A stretch of 64,000 nt of DNA, taken from assembly GCA_047967505.1 (NCBI GenBank), contig CM106538.1, one strand, 5' to 3'. The position numbers and the translations under genes were made by a program. Positions 37,100-51,100 of the stretch are shown piece after piece (within the stretch, counting starts at the first letter, position 1; the number at the start of each line of letters is the position of its first letter). Under the pieces are notes generated by a model. That model did no database searches. It saw only the letters and a list, made by a program, of their open reading frames with translations, and was not told where the DNA came from. Origin of the DNA: Dipteris shenzhenensis. Its lineage: Eukaryota.

Positions 37100-40000
37100 T
37101 TAAGTATAGCTATGGGGGGAGTTTTCCAAGATCGATACGGCTACCCTCAACCATACATGTCATGATCTGGCACAAGAATTTGTTTAAGCTTTCAGCCTGT
37201 CCGTTTAGTATGGAGTAGATTTCCAGTGCACTGTAAGGAACTCACTCATTGGTATTTTTATTATATCATTCATGAAATGTGTCTCTTTATCACTCACAAT
37301 CTCGAGTGGAAGGCCGAATCAGGATATCAAGTTCTCATACAGGAACTTGTGGTGACCCTCGTATCCGCTTTCTTAGTGGACTTGCTGCCCATTCAGTGAA
37401 ATAATCTATGGCCACGATAATATAATGGGCCTAAGTTCCCTTCGCACTTAAAATTACTCAATTTCATCTTTTATCAACTCAGCATACCTTGATTCATTTG
37501 ACACCATTTTAAAAATTAGTATTACCATTGAAAATCAAAAGGGGTGGTATGTGTATGAATTTTAAGGGTATTCCCTACAAGGTTTGCATTCATGCATAGA
37601 GATACTTTCATACCTTGCAAAGATTTGATGGTTCCATGATGAATTCTTTTAAAGGATCTATATTTATTTAAATTATCTTGATTTGGGAATTGTACCTAGG
37701 CTAAGTTATGTCATAGGTTGAAATTCAACGTTTTTCCATTCTTAAAGGCACAAATCCTAAATTCCGTCCAAGGATTTCCCTTTTAAATTCATTTTTAACC
37801 CAAAACATTAGAGATCAAAACTTGATCCTAACCAAATCCAATATTCAACCACAACAAGAACCATTTGCAAACTCTCAAGCAAAATATTTAATTCTAGGAA
37901 TTAATATGAATTGTAATTATTATACCTCTTCCAATCCATATTATAGAGAAAATTCACCATAATTTGATCAAAACACATCAGAATTAAGTGCAATCTTCAA
38001 TATCAAGTTTAGTACACCAAATTCAATATTTTTGAATACTTTCTAAGAATCTTGGAACATCTTTCACAATATGATGCCTATACCAAATTTTTATACTCTA
38101 TTTTGTAACTTTTGTAATATCTTGATTGTCCTTAATGAGAATTCAATTCTATCTTCATGTGTAGGTTTTATCCACATTAGAAAGGCCTGATCACTGATGA
38201 TGAGGACCCTGATCAATGGCATGTAGTATTGGTTATGATGAATGGAGATGCATTGGCAAGGATCACAACACTTGTTGAACACAACTGCATCTACAAAGAG
38301 TTTTGGCCACTATAACCTGGCCTATAATACCTTGTGGGCCATAAGTTTGCTAGGAAATGGCCACCAGCAATTCCTAAATGAGCTTCCTCTAGGACTTCCA
38401 GGAATTCATCTTCTCAAATGCATCGACAAATAACACCATCCTTCCCCGTCCAGTAGATTGTCTGGCTATCAGTTGGTATGGGGCTACATCCTTGATGAGC
38501 TTTCTAGCCCTATCCTCCTTATTGAGTGATTTTCTTAGGGAAAACCACTTAATAACAAGTGTCCAATTTCCTTTGCCCATTCAGGAATTAGATCTACTAA
38601 GAAGAGTAAGGCATCTAGGAGATCGTCTTCCACTCCGGTTGCAAGCTCACCATTAGGGATCCAAGACGTGTGATCTGCCATGAAGTGCATACATCCCTTT
38701 CAAACTGCTATCTTAAAATCAAATTCCAAAAGGATAAGCATCCACCAAGTAATATAGCCTATCATGCATGGTTCATTTGACTAAGTAGAGGAAGGCCTGG
38801 TGGTCAACAATGAAGACAAACTTGTTTGCTAACAAGTAATGCCTAAACTTTTTGATTGCATATACCATGGCCAAGCCTTAACGTTCAGTGGTGGTGTAAT
38901 TCATTTTGGCATCATTCAACTGGTAATTAGCAAAGTTTATGGGATAATCCAAACTATGCTAGTATGCACTCTATCTCAAATTTTGAGGCATCAATGTGGA
39001 CATGAATCTATAAGTCCCAATTGGGTGCTCACAAAATAGGGGCTGATGCCAAGACCAACTTTAGGGTCTCATAGGACCACTGACATTCTTCTGTCCAATG
39101 GAATATAATTAACAATTTGTACAGGGGGTGGACAATCTCTGCATAATTATAAATAAATATACAGTCGTAGCTTGTATGCCTAGTGAACCACTATATGCCC
39201 TTTGCATTGGTGGGTGTGGGTAACTCCAAAATTAGTTTGATTTTGTTATAATTGGTGGAGATCCCATTTTTGGACACTACGTGTCTGAGTATTACCCCAT
39301 GTTTCACCCAAAATTGGCACTTTAGGGGACGGAGGGAGATTCTATAGAGATGGTATCTTTCAAACAACAATCTTAGATAATTAAGATGATCGTCCCAATT
39401 AGAGTGAACACACATATCAACCAAGAAAACTTCTAAAAAATCCCTCAGTTATTCCTTGAAAGCAATGATCATTGATCATTGGAACTTTGTAGGCACATTG
39501 GTGAGTCTGAAGATCATCACCTTTGAAGCATAGACCCCCCATTCCATAGCGAAGGCCATTTTAGGATGATCTTTTGGTGTTATGGACACCTGGTTATACC
39601 TTGCAAACCCATCCAATAAGCTATAAGCTTCCTTGCTTTTGCGACTCTTTCCAGGATGTGCTTTGTGAAGGGCAGTGGGTGATGATCCTTATGGGTCATG
39701 GCATTTACCTTCTTGAGATCAATGGATACAGTAACCTTTCCATTCTTCTTTAGTAGTATAATGATGGGAGAAACCCAATCTGTATGCTTAATCTCATATA
39801 TGAACCCCGAGTCGATTTGCTTTTGTATTTGCTCTTAGAGGATCATTGCATACTTTGGACCTTCATGGGGTAGGGTCGTTGCCATACTAGTCTAATGTTG
39901 TCCATCATAGGTATGGTGAGTTGCACTCTCGGGGGGATCACTCATCATATGTAACCCTATCATGTGAATTCAACAGAAGGATTTTTTTTATTTCTAAAAT

Positions 40001-43000
40001 TTACAGAAATAAATATACATAAGGGACTATTTAAAATAGTTTTGGAAAAAATTTACAGATTTGTATAGAAAAGGGGTACATTTTATTAATGAAATTGTTT
40101 ACAGATAAGGGACTTTAAATATAGGCCTTGAACGCATGTGATATAGAGGGTTTATACATAGTGACCCCCCCGAGGTTGCACTACTTTTGATGGCATGCCC
40201 TTCATGTCCATGCACTTCCATGCAAAACATTCTTGAAATTCATGGAGCAAGGCAAGCAAGGACTGTTCTTGCTCAAAAGTTAGGTCATCAGCTATGTAAA
40301 TCGGATTAGGGTCCTCTCCTGGATTGCTGGCAAGGTTCACTTCCTTAACCTTTGTAGGTCCGTTATACCCATTTTGGTCTTTACGCTTGGCCAACCTCTG
40401 AGCTTGTCCCAACAGTATCCTATAGTCCTGTACCATGTAGGCTTTAACATGTTTGGAAACCTGATGTAGGTCAGTCTCCTCCTCATCCTCATCATCTTCT
40501 ATAGCTTCTAGGACAATTTTCTTCACCTTGCAGGATGTTTTAGGGTCCTTAGCTTTTGAGGCCTCGAATTTGTGGGGTGGTTTATTCTCTTGAGAGGGCA
40601 TTTGTGTAAGGAGGCCTCCATTTTAAGGGAACCTAAGGGGGCCTTTATCCTACTATTCAAACGGGCTCCTCAATTTGATGAGAATTCATGATGTACCGTA
40701 ATGGCACCCACATATCTCAACCAATGAAGGTCTATTTTGACTTTCCTTACCCCTGGTCTTCTGTGGGGAATCTTAAGATGTTTATCATATTAAGGGGCAC
40801 CACCATGCCTGGCCCCTTAGGATCAGGACTTCCATCTTAGTTCCTATCCTTTCAACCACGTCTATGGTTGCCAAGACATGCATCCAATTTTGGATAACTC
40901 AAGCTCTGGTGGTAGAGCGTACCAATGCTCATCCCGATCCCCACCTTTATCTTCTTCATTGTAGGCTTGGAACACATTCAAAGGAGTGGTTCTCTGAGTC
41001 ATATCTGACTCAGATGCAAACAAATTTCCAGTCTCATAGGGTGTGCCTTTCAAGTTTGAAAATCAACCGTCACAATTTGCTCATCCTTGCGTAGATAAAT
41101 ATGGTTGGAGGCCTGGTCACATTCTAGGCCTACAGTGCACATGAGGGTCTGCCTAGATAACATCGTAGCCATCCAATTGCCATGGAAATTCATTACCACA
41201 AACCACACTCAGTAGGTGAGACCAAAGGTTTTGATTTCACAACCGTGTTGGTGCTCTCCATCTCATATTTTCCCCATTTTCCCACCATTGCTTTGTGATG
41301 ACACTGACACCTGATCTACCCTCCAAGATAGCTATGGCCTTCCTACTATGGCAAAAATCAAATTCACAGTATTTTTGTCATACCTCTCAAAGTATCGATC
41401 CAGCTTATTGACATGTATTTTGAGCAAATTCAGCTCTTCATGTGGGGCTTTAGCAACATTAGTGTCCACCTCTTTTGTGTTGACCATCTGCCCATTCATC
41501 CAATTGGAAAGATCCCTCCAAATGATGGGATTTCCTTTGCGCAAGGCTGCTATGGGTGTCTTTATCTCCATGGACCATAAAGCGGTGAACCCAGCCACAT
41601 CTTGTGGTTGACCAATTGGTGCTCTATGCTCGAATGGGGGTTCCTCAAACCCATAAAAATACGTTAGTTCATCCTCTACATCTTGAGACCAAGTTGGGTC
41701 CTCTTTAAACATCTTATGTCGTAGTAGAGACTTCTCTGATGAAGTGCCATTTGCAACAATCTCCACTTTATCCAGGGTGGGCAAGGGTCATGCAGATCCC
41801 TTTGGCACTTGACGATTAGGCTGAACGGTGTCCATATTATTAAGAGACTTAAGCCATTTCTCAAATCTCTCTTGGCAATCCTAGAATAACCATTGTGCCT
41901 CAACTAGGCGTTGCTTCTTGAGTCCAGGTCGGGTATTCATTTTGATGCACTGGGCTTGAATCCCATCTATGTGGCTGTGTCTCACTGGCCTTAGCATTTA
42001 CCCTGGGGCCATGGTGTGGTGGGTTCTTTGTATGGTCGACTAGGTCTTAAGGATGTTAAGGTGGAGACTGTTGTAGTCTCTTCGTCCCAGCCACTTTGGA
42101 TAATGACTCTACCTGAACCGTCCCCCACTTTAATTGCATTTGCTTGACCCCTGCCCTTAGACTAGGGCACGACCTTCCTTGCCCTATTGGCCTACTTACG
42201 GAGCTCCTTACTCATGGCTTTGGCCTAGGCCCTCGTAATCACATTTACTGACACTGAGGAAACTTGTCCCCTTACGATAATAAGTTAATTATATTGGATT
42301 TTGGGTCAAGAGCCAACCTAGGAGCCCTTCTCATAGGTCAATCTTTATAGAGATGATCCGCTCCACGAGACAAGCACAGCGAGGTATTCTTATTGGTTGC
42401 CAATAGCCTCGGTATGGGTTGATCATCTTTGTATGGGTAATCCCTTACCAAGTAAGCCCCTTTACATTTATAGTAGGCTATGGCCTGGTTAGCTGTGGCT
42501 TTTTTATAGGGACAATCACTAGCATGATGCAGACCTTGGCAAGCATAACACTGGATGGCCAATCTGTGATTCACAGCATTCATGTCCCTAGCTCATTGTG
42601 TTGTAGGATCTGTTTGAATGTATTGTTGTGCATCACATAATGTTTGATTTGATTGGGTTGATACATAGGACTCTCATAGGGAGATGAATCGGGCACTGGT
42701 AAGACATAGCCAGGGTCCTCCCACTCACTTGGCAGCTATCACTTGGTTTATGGGAGTAATCCGAGGTCGTTGGGGTTGTGGTCCTAGGATTGGTGGTGGC
42801 AATGACAAATTTTGAGCTTGCATTGGCCCTTGGTTGGCATGGGGGGCCCCATATAAGGCTAACTGGACCTAATTATATAGATTAGGTGGCATCGGTAAGG
42901 ACAGTGGTTGCCGTTGTTGGTACATGGGTGGGGGCATTGGCTTAGGGTAATGGCATTATGAAGTTTCATGATTTTCCCATCTAGCAAAATGCATGCAGTA

Positions 43001-44700
43001 GAGTGAAGACCTTGCCCTTAGGTGAGGTAATTGATTCATCGGCTTGTTGCTTGTGCATATCCCACATCACGCATTGTCTTGCCGTGGGAACAAGTGCAAA
43101 TTACTCTAGCCTGCCCTGGCCTGCCCATCCCACCCTTAAGCTGTTGGGCTACTTGATTTAAGAGATCTATGGCTACCTCATCAATGTTTGTGGCCTTAGA
43201 AAATTTGGTGGTTTCCTTGCCCTTGATAGAGCTAACAATGAGATACTACTAAGGGAGTGATCGGTGACTTCTTGGGCTGGGCTTTATCTTTCATGTTATC
43301 ATCTAGGAGCACGGCAGTCTTACTACATAGCTCAAAGGATGTGGGATTTAGGGTGAACTGATGGTCATGCAAATTAGCATCCCTTAATCCAACGTGGAAT
43401 CGAGGTAGGAGATGCTCATCACTCATCCTCTCATGTGGTTCACAACAAGCATTTAGATGTCTAATCTTGACAATATATTCCCGAAGGGTATTGTGCTGTC
43501 TTTTTTTAACTTCATACAAATGGTTGATCGGGATCCACTTTACGCTTGTGGGAGCAATCCCACTATGAAGGCCTTTCAAAGAGTCTCCCAATTGATATTT
43601 AGGACCTAGGGCTCTATACCACTAGCCTACCTTGCCATCAAGTCTGAGTCTGAATGTGTTCACTTTGTCCAAGTCACCAATGTCTCCAAAGGCTTCGCAG
43701 ATCTATTGAATCCTTTTGACATGGGAAACCTGATGTCCTTCACCTAAGAACTTAGTGATGAGACTAGAGATTATGACCAAGCAATTGCGGGAGGCATTCA
43801 TATCCCTTCCTAAGATTACTGGTGGCACCACCCCCCTTCCTAGTGCCTATACTAGGATCCTCATTGCTTCATCAATGAGTACCATCTATGGTGTGGGCAG
43901 AGGTGCTTGGGCTACTGGCATTGTGCCAAAGTTGGGTGGTCCTTGGGGTCACTTATAAAAGTTCATCGGCCTCATAGGGTTCAGAATGGATTGTCCTAGC
44001 GTCATGGGACTAGACTCGGCATACGTGGTGGGTTTGGGTCTATTGGTCTTATCAATATAGGCCTTGGTACACGTAGATTCATGTTTGGAACCCGCCCATA
44101 GGATGAAGATGTGGGGAAGGAGGTGCTTTCAGGAGCTCCTCCCCAGTTTGCAAATAGATTGGGACGAGGAGCCATTGATATTGGGAAGGTGTTATCTCTG
44201 AAGTTAAACTAATTGGCCCTCTGCCCTTCAAGAATAGGAGGCCAATACCCGGGTGCCTAGGGTTCAAAAGTCCTTATGAAGGAGGGTTCCCCTGCATAGA
44301 ATTATGCATACGGCCCTGAGGTTCCCTCAGCTGATGATGGTATAGGGTTGCTGGAAACTGATTGATTTGGTTGAGGTTAGCCAAGCCAAACCATCCCATT
44401 AAATTGGAGACTGACTTCCTTATTTGTGAGGATGTGGTGGATAGGGTGGCAGATTTAGGCCTTACCGAGCTAGAGTTGGGAGACATAGAGGCCACTGGAG
44501 TTAAGTTCATGTTTTGCCCCCATCTCCACGTCAAAGCTCATAGCATCCTTTGAACTTGAGGATTCTGTGTGTGGGACCTTGTGCCGAATATGAGCTTAAG
44601 GTTGAGATCCTAGACGATACGGAAAGTGTGGCACTAGTGGGACCAGTTAGGATGTTGTTGGAAGTGCTATCCTCTAGTTCAGGTTCAACTCCTATCACCA
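37100..44700 (-). mobile_element. Degenerate Ty3/gypsy internal region (gag, CCHC knuckles, RT, RNase H, integrase); LTRs not identified
   Basis: Gag-like at 43232-43750; CYACQGLHHASDC; RT WVSPII...DLKKVN..KDHHPLPF...DGFARYNQV...FLVDM...KCQF; IN IVAIDYFTEW...FGLPLEIVSD. Boundaries approximate. Confidence 0.85.
39928..40174 (+). mobile_element. MITE, 247 bp, TIR CTCGGGGGGGTCACT-type, 8-bp TSD
   Basis: TSD GTTGCACT at 39920-39927 and 40175-40182; inserted in gypsy pol. Confidence 0.95.
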
Positions 44701-44854
44701 TTCTAGATATTTATATTTATATCTAGACCAAAGCGAGGTGATCAAGGCTGGCAAATGCAATCGACACACTTGACTTTGATCCTATTTCTCACCCCCTCTC
44801 TCTCCTTTTTTCTTCGTTTATACAAAGCAAGAAAATAAAAAACTCTCGCCCTCC

Positions 44855-44891
<37 letters not shown>

Positions 44892-45487
44892 TTCTCTCTT
44901 TTATTTACATAAATGATGCAATCTTAAATTGAAAGAACTAATACTATTCTACTCTCTCCACTAGTCAATTAGGGGAAGGTGATCAAGGCTGGAAATTGCA
45001 AGCCCTACATGACAAACATGGAGGTTGCCAAGGCCGGCAATTGTGAGCCACACACCCAATACAGAGTGAGAAACATAGAACATAAGAGCTTAAACATACA
45101 TGTCCATTAGGGTGAGGTGATCAATGCCAGCAATTGTGAGCCACACACCTGACCCTGACCGATTAAAACAAAAAAGGCAACGAAGGCTAGAAGCTCACTG
45201 AATGCATCGCACAAAATTGAAACCAATGGCACTTTGTGAAGATAATGTGGTAGGGACCTAGCCAAAATTAAAACGCAATATGTCAGTCATACCGCGTAGT
45301 ATCCTGGACCAACCGATAGGCTGCATTTGGACACACGATGCCCAATGATTGCCTTAATATACCATGCGAAAATTTAGAAATACCCTATGGTATTTTGTAC
45401 CATGCGGTATTTACACAATATCGTACAATGTTTTAGACCACCTAGTATTTTTATGGTACCATGCAGTAGTTTGCAAGTTAATGGTAA

Positions 45488-45575
45488 TGCTTAACTGGTC
45501 GAAAAGTTTGTGTTTTTAAATGCTTAGCTAGTCGAAAAGTTTGCATTTTTTAACACTTAGCTGGTCAAAAATTTT
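45488..45575. repeat. ~32-bp tandem repeat x3 (cttaRctRgtcRaaaa)
   Basis: atgcttaactggtcgaaaagtttg..., preceded by TACCATGC motif repeats at 45360-45470. Confidence 0.75.
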
Positions 45576-46462
45576 TGAACATTTTTTTTGTATTTAATTA
45601 AGAAATGTTTTTTTATTAAAAATCTTTTAAGAAAAACCTAATGGTCAAGTGCTCCCTTTGCATATGTCTTCAAGCTCATCGAAATCTGAAGAAGAGACCA
45701 GTAGAGCAAATATTTATCAATGAGTATTGTGTTATTGTTTACAATGCAAGAACAAATAACACACCATATCAATTGGACACATAAAGAGATATGTCACTTA
45801 CAACCTTTACTTGAGCTTTAGCTAAATGATGAGATACAAGTTCCATTTTGGCTAAAATTCCATTTTTTAAACGATCACACTGGTTATTGGAGTTATTATA
45901 GTTCTAAACCAACGCGCTGGCTATTGGAACCATTTTCACTACAGTAACAATGAACAATTTCTTGTGCAACAATCCCTATAGTTGTAGTAAAATGTAAACA
46001 AGGGCAGAAATATGACATTTGTTCTTCTTTAGAGCCACTTTCACTACCAAAGTAACAGCAACAATAGTTTTGGCAATAATGACATACATCAAGAAATTGA
46101 AACAAAAGAAATTACATCCAATAGTTTTTGCGATAATAGTATTACATCAAAATTGAAACAAAATAAATTACATCCAAAGCAAGCATTTAACAAAATAGAT
46201 TACATACAAAGATGCTAGCACTTTGTCTTTGTGACACTTCTTTAAACACTTTTAGCACTTGTCAACACCACCACTATGGGGTAGGACTGGGTTTCACTTT
46301 TTGCCCTTGTTAGCACTTTCTTACACTTTTGACTTGGTGCCTTCTATGCAGGGGACAATACGAGCACCTCGTAGTGCTATTATAGGTAGGACTTTTTTAC
46401 AATTTTGTCGCGGAACTCCTCGTATGCATGGGACAAATCAACCACCTCATAATTGAAATAAA

Positions 46463-47038
46463 CTTTTTCATAGCAACTTCTTTCAAGGCACTAGAAGAGG
46501 GAACTCTTGACAGTGGATACAAGGAACTCAATATGGTGGTGAGCTCCAGCACAGTGACACATGCTCTCAGTATGTTAGAGTTGATCACCAAGTTGAGTTC
46601 CTTCCCCAGTGTCAAAGGTTGTGCACAATTATGAGAGGCTCATCTCCAAGTTGAGTTCTCTCCCAATGCCTCATGGAACAACGACGACCCGTTTCCCTTA
46701 GTGCCCCATCCTACAACATGGTTGGTTATCAAGGAATTGCTTTCTTCATTGCAACTTCTTTCAAGGCACTGGCGGGGTTATCAAGGAATTTCTTCTTTCA
46801 AGAGGGAACTCAACTTGGCAACGAGCTCAATCGAGCACAACATTTGACAATGGACAGGGAACTAAATCTGGTGGTGAGCTCCAACACACTAATGCATGCT
46901 CTCAGTGTGTTACAACTTATCACCAAGTTGAGTTATCCTTCCCTAGTGCCGAAGGTTGTGCTCAATTATGAGAGTCTCATCACCAAGGTGAGTTCTCTGC
47001 CAGTGCATGATAGAACAACGACGACTCGTTTCCCTTAG
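46463..47038. repeat. Diverged tandem duplication, ~280-340-bp units
   Basis: gcaacttctttcaaggcact...ggtggtgagctcca...aacaacgacgac.cgtttcccttag occurs twice. Confidence 0.8.
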
Positions 47039-47358
47039 CTCTCCATCTTGCAACTCTATTGGTCATGGCTATGGCTAGTGGGTTGGGATGGAGATCCAAG
47101 GCAAACAATGGATCACATGACTTGGGCACCATTATGAAGGGGCATCGAGGCTGCAACAAAAGATTCATCGGATGGGATGAAGAGTAATTTCACGTGTTTC
47201 CTCGGGTAGGATTAAACAAACTAAGTACACAATGCGCATTGCAAACCCATTCTAATCCTCTCAAGTCGTTTCCTTAATTTTTAGGAATCAAGATCCTCTC
47301 AACCCTCTCACTTCCGAATCTGCAAATGAAACTTCCCAACTTCCAAGTTGCTATTAAG

Positions 47359-47605
47359 CTCGGGGGTGTCACTATGTATAAACCCTCTATATCACATGCG
47401 TTCAAGGCCTATATTTAAAATCCCTTATCTGTAAATTTTTTCATTAATAAAATGTAGCCCTTTTCTATACAAATCTGTAAATTTTTTCCAAAACTATTTT
47501 AAATAGTCCCTTATGTATATTTATTTCTGTAAATTTTAGGAATAAAAAATATCCTTCTTTTGAACTCACGTGATAGGGTTACATATGATGAGTGACCCCC
47601 CCGAG
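47359..47605 (-). mobile_element. Second copy of the 247-bp MITE, inverted
   Basis: TSD CTATTAAG at 47351-47358 and 47606-47613; reverse complement of 39928-40174. Confidence 0.95.
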
Positions 47606-47843
47606 CTATTAAGTCAGGATGTCAAGCTGGCCTCTTAATGTAAGTCCGACATTATTGTCCTCACCCTCCTGATTGATTTCAATAATCAAGGAAAGCTCGT
47701 AGGGTTGACCCTTTCCAATATCAAAGAGGCTCAATATTGCCACCTCCGGGAAGAGCCTCCCAAGGACATTTCCCTCCACTCATTTTACGTAGTGCATGTG
47801 CTAAAAGCTCTCTTTTCAATCAATAGTTTCCATACATTCAAGA

Positions 47844-48000
47844 GGTTTGAAAACATAAAGACTATAGGAGGGAAGGCATTTACAATTAAAAATCAACCCA
47901 CCTTCCAAGCTCCAAGCTTAGTGTTTGAAAACATAAAGACTATAGGAGGGAAGGCATTTACAATTAAAAAGCAACCCACCTTTCAAGCTCCAAGCTTAGT
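47844..48000. repeat. ~79-bp tandem duplication
   Basis: gtttgaaaacataaagactatagg...gctccaagcttagt twice. Confidence 0.9.
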
Positions 48001-48183
48001 GGTATGGATATGGAATCTTGACAATAATTGAGCTTTTCTTGTCACTATGCCTTAGCCAACCCACGAGGGTTCCCAAGAATAAACTCTCTCATCATCAACT
48101 CTCTATCAAAACGAGTACGTTCCTCATATCATTTTGATTTTCATTAGCATGTACAATAAGTCTATTATGAGTCAAGTCTATGT

Positions 48184-51100
48184 TTTCTCTGCTCTCTCAA
48201 TTTTGTTAAGTAGCCAATCAACATGAATATCCTTTGGAAGTTCTCTTAGATGCTCAAGGTATGACACGCGAGATCCATGATGGTATGAAAGAGGGCCCTT
48301 TCTCCTTATCTTCTTGCCTTTGCATCCTCATATCTTGTCACCCATCTTTTCATCACATCACTATTAAGCATGCAATAGAGGTTTAGATTATTAAGCAAAT
48401 CCCTGTCCATTACTTTGCTCCATCCTTTCCCTTGAGGCACAATAGAGGTCATCCTTAGGTCTTCTTCATCTCTCCATAGTCGTGGGAGAGAGCTATCCAC
48501 ATTAACAAGAAACTCAAAAATATATACAAGTGGCTCTTGTACCAAACAACCCTCTGCCATGCTACCCTCAAGCCTTGCATTTTGCACTACAAAACACTTC
48601 AAGGTCTTCATGAAGCACTTGAGGAAGAACAACCATCATGCATGTACAGTGCTGCATATAGCCATCTCATCCACCGAATGCACTATGAGATGTAGTTGGC
48701 TTGTGAGAATAGAACGTGGAAAGTTCTCCTCCACTAAACAAACCATCTCCACTTACATAACTCAAGCATCCTCAAGCGTGGTGGGATCTATTTCCTTTGA
48801 GCTCACATACCTAGAAAGAAAAAAGTGCACCATATTAGCAATATGAAAACCTTGCATTACGCATTGATACGCTTCACATTTTGTAAAGTGTGAAGTACCT
48901 CACAAGCTCGCCCATCGTGTAAATACAATCCTTCACATCCTTTGATGCACTATGAGAAATGCTAGTAGGTCATATGAACTAAACACATGAGCGATGGTTG
49001 ATTAGTTGCTTCTACACTCACAACATTGGAAGGAAAAAGAGATTATGCCAAGTCATACTTACTTGGAGCATCTTATGCCAATCATGAGATTTCAAGCCAT
49101 ATAATTGTTCTACACCTCTTTCCTTGCTCTTTGTGAAGGTCCCCTTCAAACAGCTCATGCATCTAGTGGGAGTACAAATTGTAGTGATAGATTGCTTTAC
49201 CGCCACCATCTCTAGCTTTGATAACTTCCATGGTGCATGGGGTTAAAAGACATGCCCATTCAGCCTCTCTTGTGGCCAAGCTTCACGCATCCTCCCAGTG
49301 ACGCGTAGATCCTCCCTTATGCTCAAGGAATCCCTTCAAATGTTCCCAAATGGTAGATGCCACATTCTTGATGATATGCATGGGATCAAGCAAGTGATTG
49401 ATTTTGAGGTGGGACCAATATGGTAGCCGATAAAGATGGAGTATCTAAACAAAAGATTGTGTTAGCATGCAATCTTTATTTCCATTCAATATAGCACTCA
49501 ATAGTTACAAACCCTTACCAGCTCATGCCACACGGAGGAGGAGTCATGGAAAGGTCCCAAATTTGCTTCCAATCTCCTGTAGTGAGTGACTGTGGGGCAC
49601 TTCATTCCAAGGGGGGGCATATCTAGGATGATCAGGTGGGAGAAATTGATGATGATCCTCATAGGTGATCTTATTCAAGTCCTCTGTGTCTGTGAAGCAA
49701 CTAGCAAAGGGCCACAAACAAGACATGCATGGTAACCCCATGTAGTGAGACCTAAACAATAGACATAATTTCCTAAGCAAGGTGGGTTTAGGGTGCCACA
49801 TCGATTGCCTACTCATAATTAAATGTTATATGCTTACCTGAACACTCGCCATAGCCTGGGAAGTCATGCAGCATCCACATCCAAACTGCCTTTTGCATGT
49901 GAAGACGAGGGAGGCCTGCTCCAAAGTAGGCCTGCTCCAAAGTATCTCCAGCTCATCAATCAAAGGCTCTAGATAAACATCCACACTTTTGACTTTATGT
50001 TTCCCTGGAATTAGAAGGGATAACATAACATGTCCTTTCTTAATCGCCATAGAGGGTGGAAGATTATAATTCACCAATATCACTAGCTGTATACACTGTA
50101 AGAGGTGCTTTTGAGACCAAATGGATTCACACCATCCATACCCAAAGCTTGGCCACGTGTCTTTAATATGCTTCCATGCAGGAGTGTCTGCGGGAGATCT
50201 CCACTTGCCATCATTTGATCGATGTGATTGGATGCCATGACATGATCTTTGCAATGGATTTGCACTTGAACATATGTTGGATGCAAGGGATTATAGGAAA
50301 ATTTTGTAGAACCTTACCAGGCACATCCAAAGTTTTGAGATCTACTCTATATCTTGCCTCACCACAAGTAGGACACTCTGGAGCCTCCTTATGTAGTCCA
50401 CAAAACCGAACACAATCATTGACACATGCATGGATGCGCTTGTAATCCAACCCTCCAAGAAAGGTCACATGCTGCCTCACCATATCTCTTGAGGTTGGTA
50501 ATTTATTCTTCCTTGGAAGCATTTTAGACGATAGCCTGCATGTAAAGACCATAAATGAGAAAAAATATTCCAGTAATTGATCCATTAGCATAATTCACCA
50601 TGTTTGCAAATAGAAAGCTTACTTGAGTAATGCATTCAAACTTGCATTGCTCCATCCATAAATGGTTTGCAAGTTTAGTAACTCAAGGAAGGCACATAGA
50701 GCAGAGAATGTGCACCTCTCAAATATTGGTGTCGATGTTGTAGTAAAAAGATCCTTTTGCTCCATGCTATCATCCCTACTTGAGGACTGATGGGCAAATA
50801 AATCTCGCACCATATCATCGAACACCTCCTCCTCCATGACCTCATGAGGTAATGGTGGAGGGCCACTATCAGCATCACTCCATGCATCCATAACGGTCCC
50901 TCCTAAAGATCCCACCTCATATCATCGATGCTTCGCCTCCTCACGACGAGCACAGGGCAACATATGCGGGTGTGGCATTGCATCCTGTATAAAATTAGAG
51001 AAGGATCATATATCAAACACTTGAACACACATAGGTATCTCAATCAAACTCAACACTATAACACTTACCATGGATATGGTCGCATCCCATTCTCTGTACT

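Noticed and set aside
37445-38140. Discrete TE inserted in the gypsy integrase region
   Set aside because: The AT-rich interruption is visible, but I found no TIR or TSD to define it
45170-45195. tRNA-Asp PBS for the gypsy element (ggcaacg)
   Set aside because: Only a 7-nt match, with no adjacent LTR terminus
39928-47605. Composite transposon bounded by the two inverted MITEs
   Set aside because: Each MITE has its own distinct TSD
47620-48180. LINE ORF1 (DUF4283-like) remnant on minus
   Set aside because: Only vague resemblance; cannot be supported without a profile search
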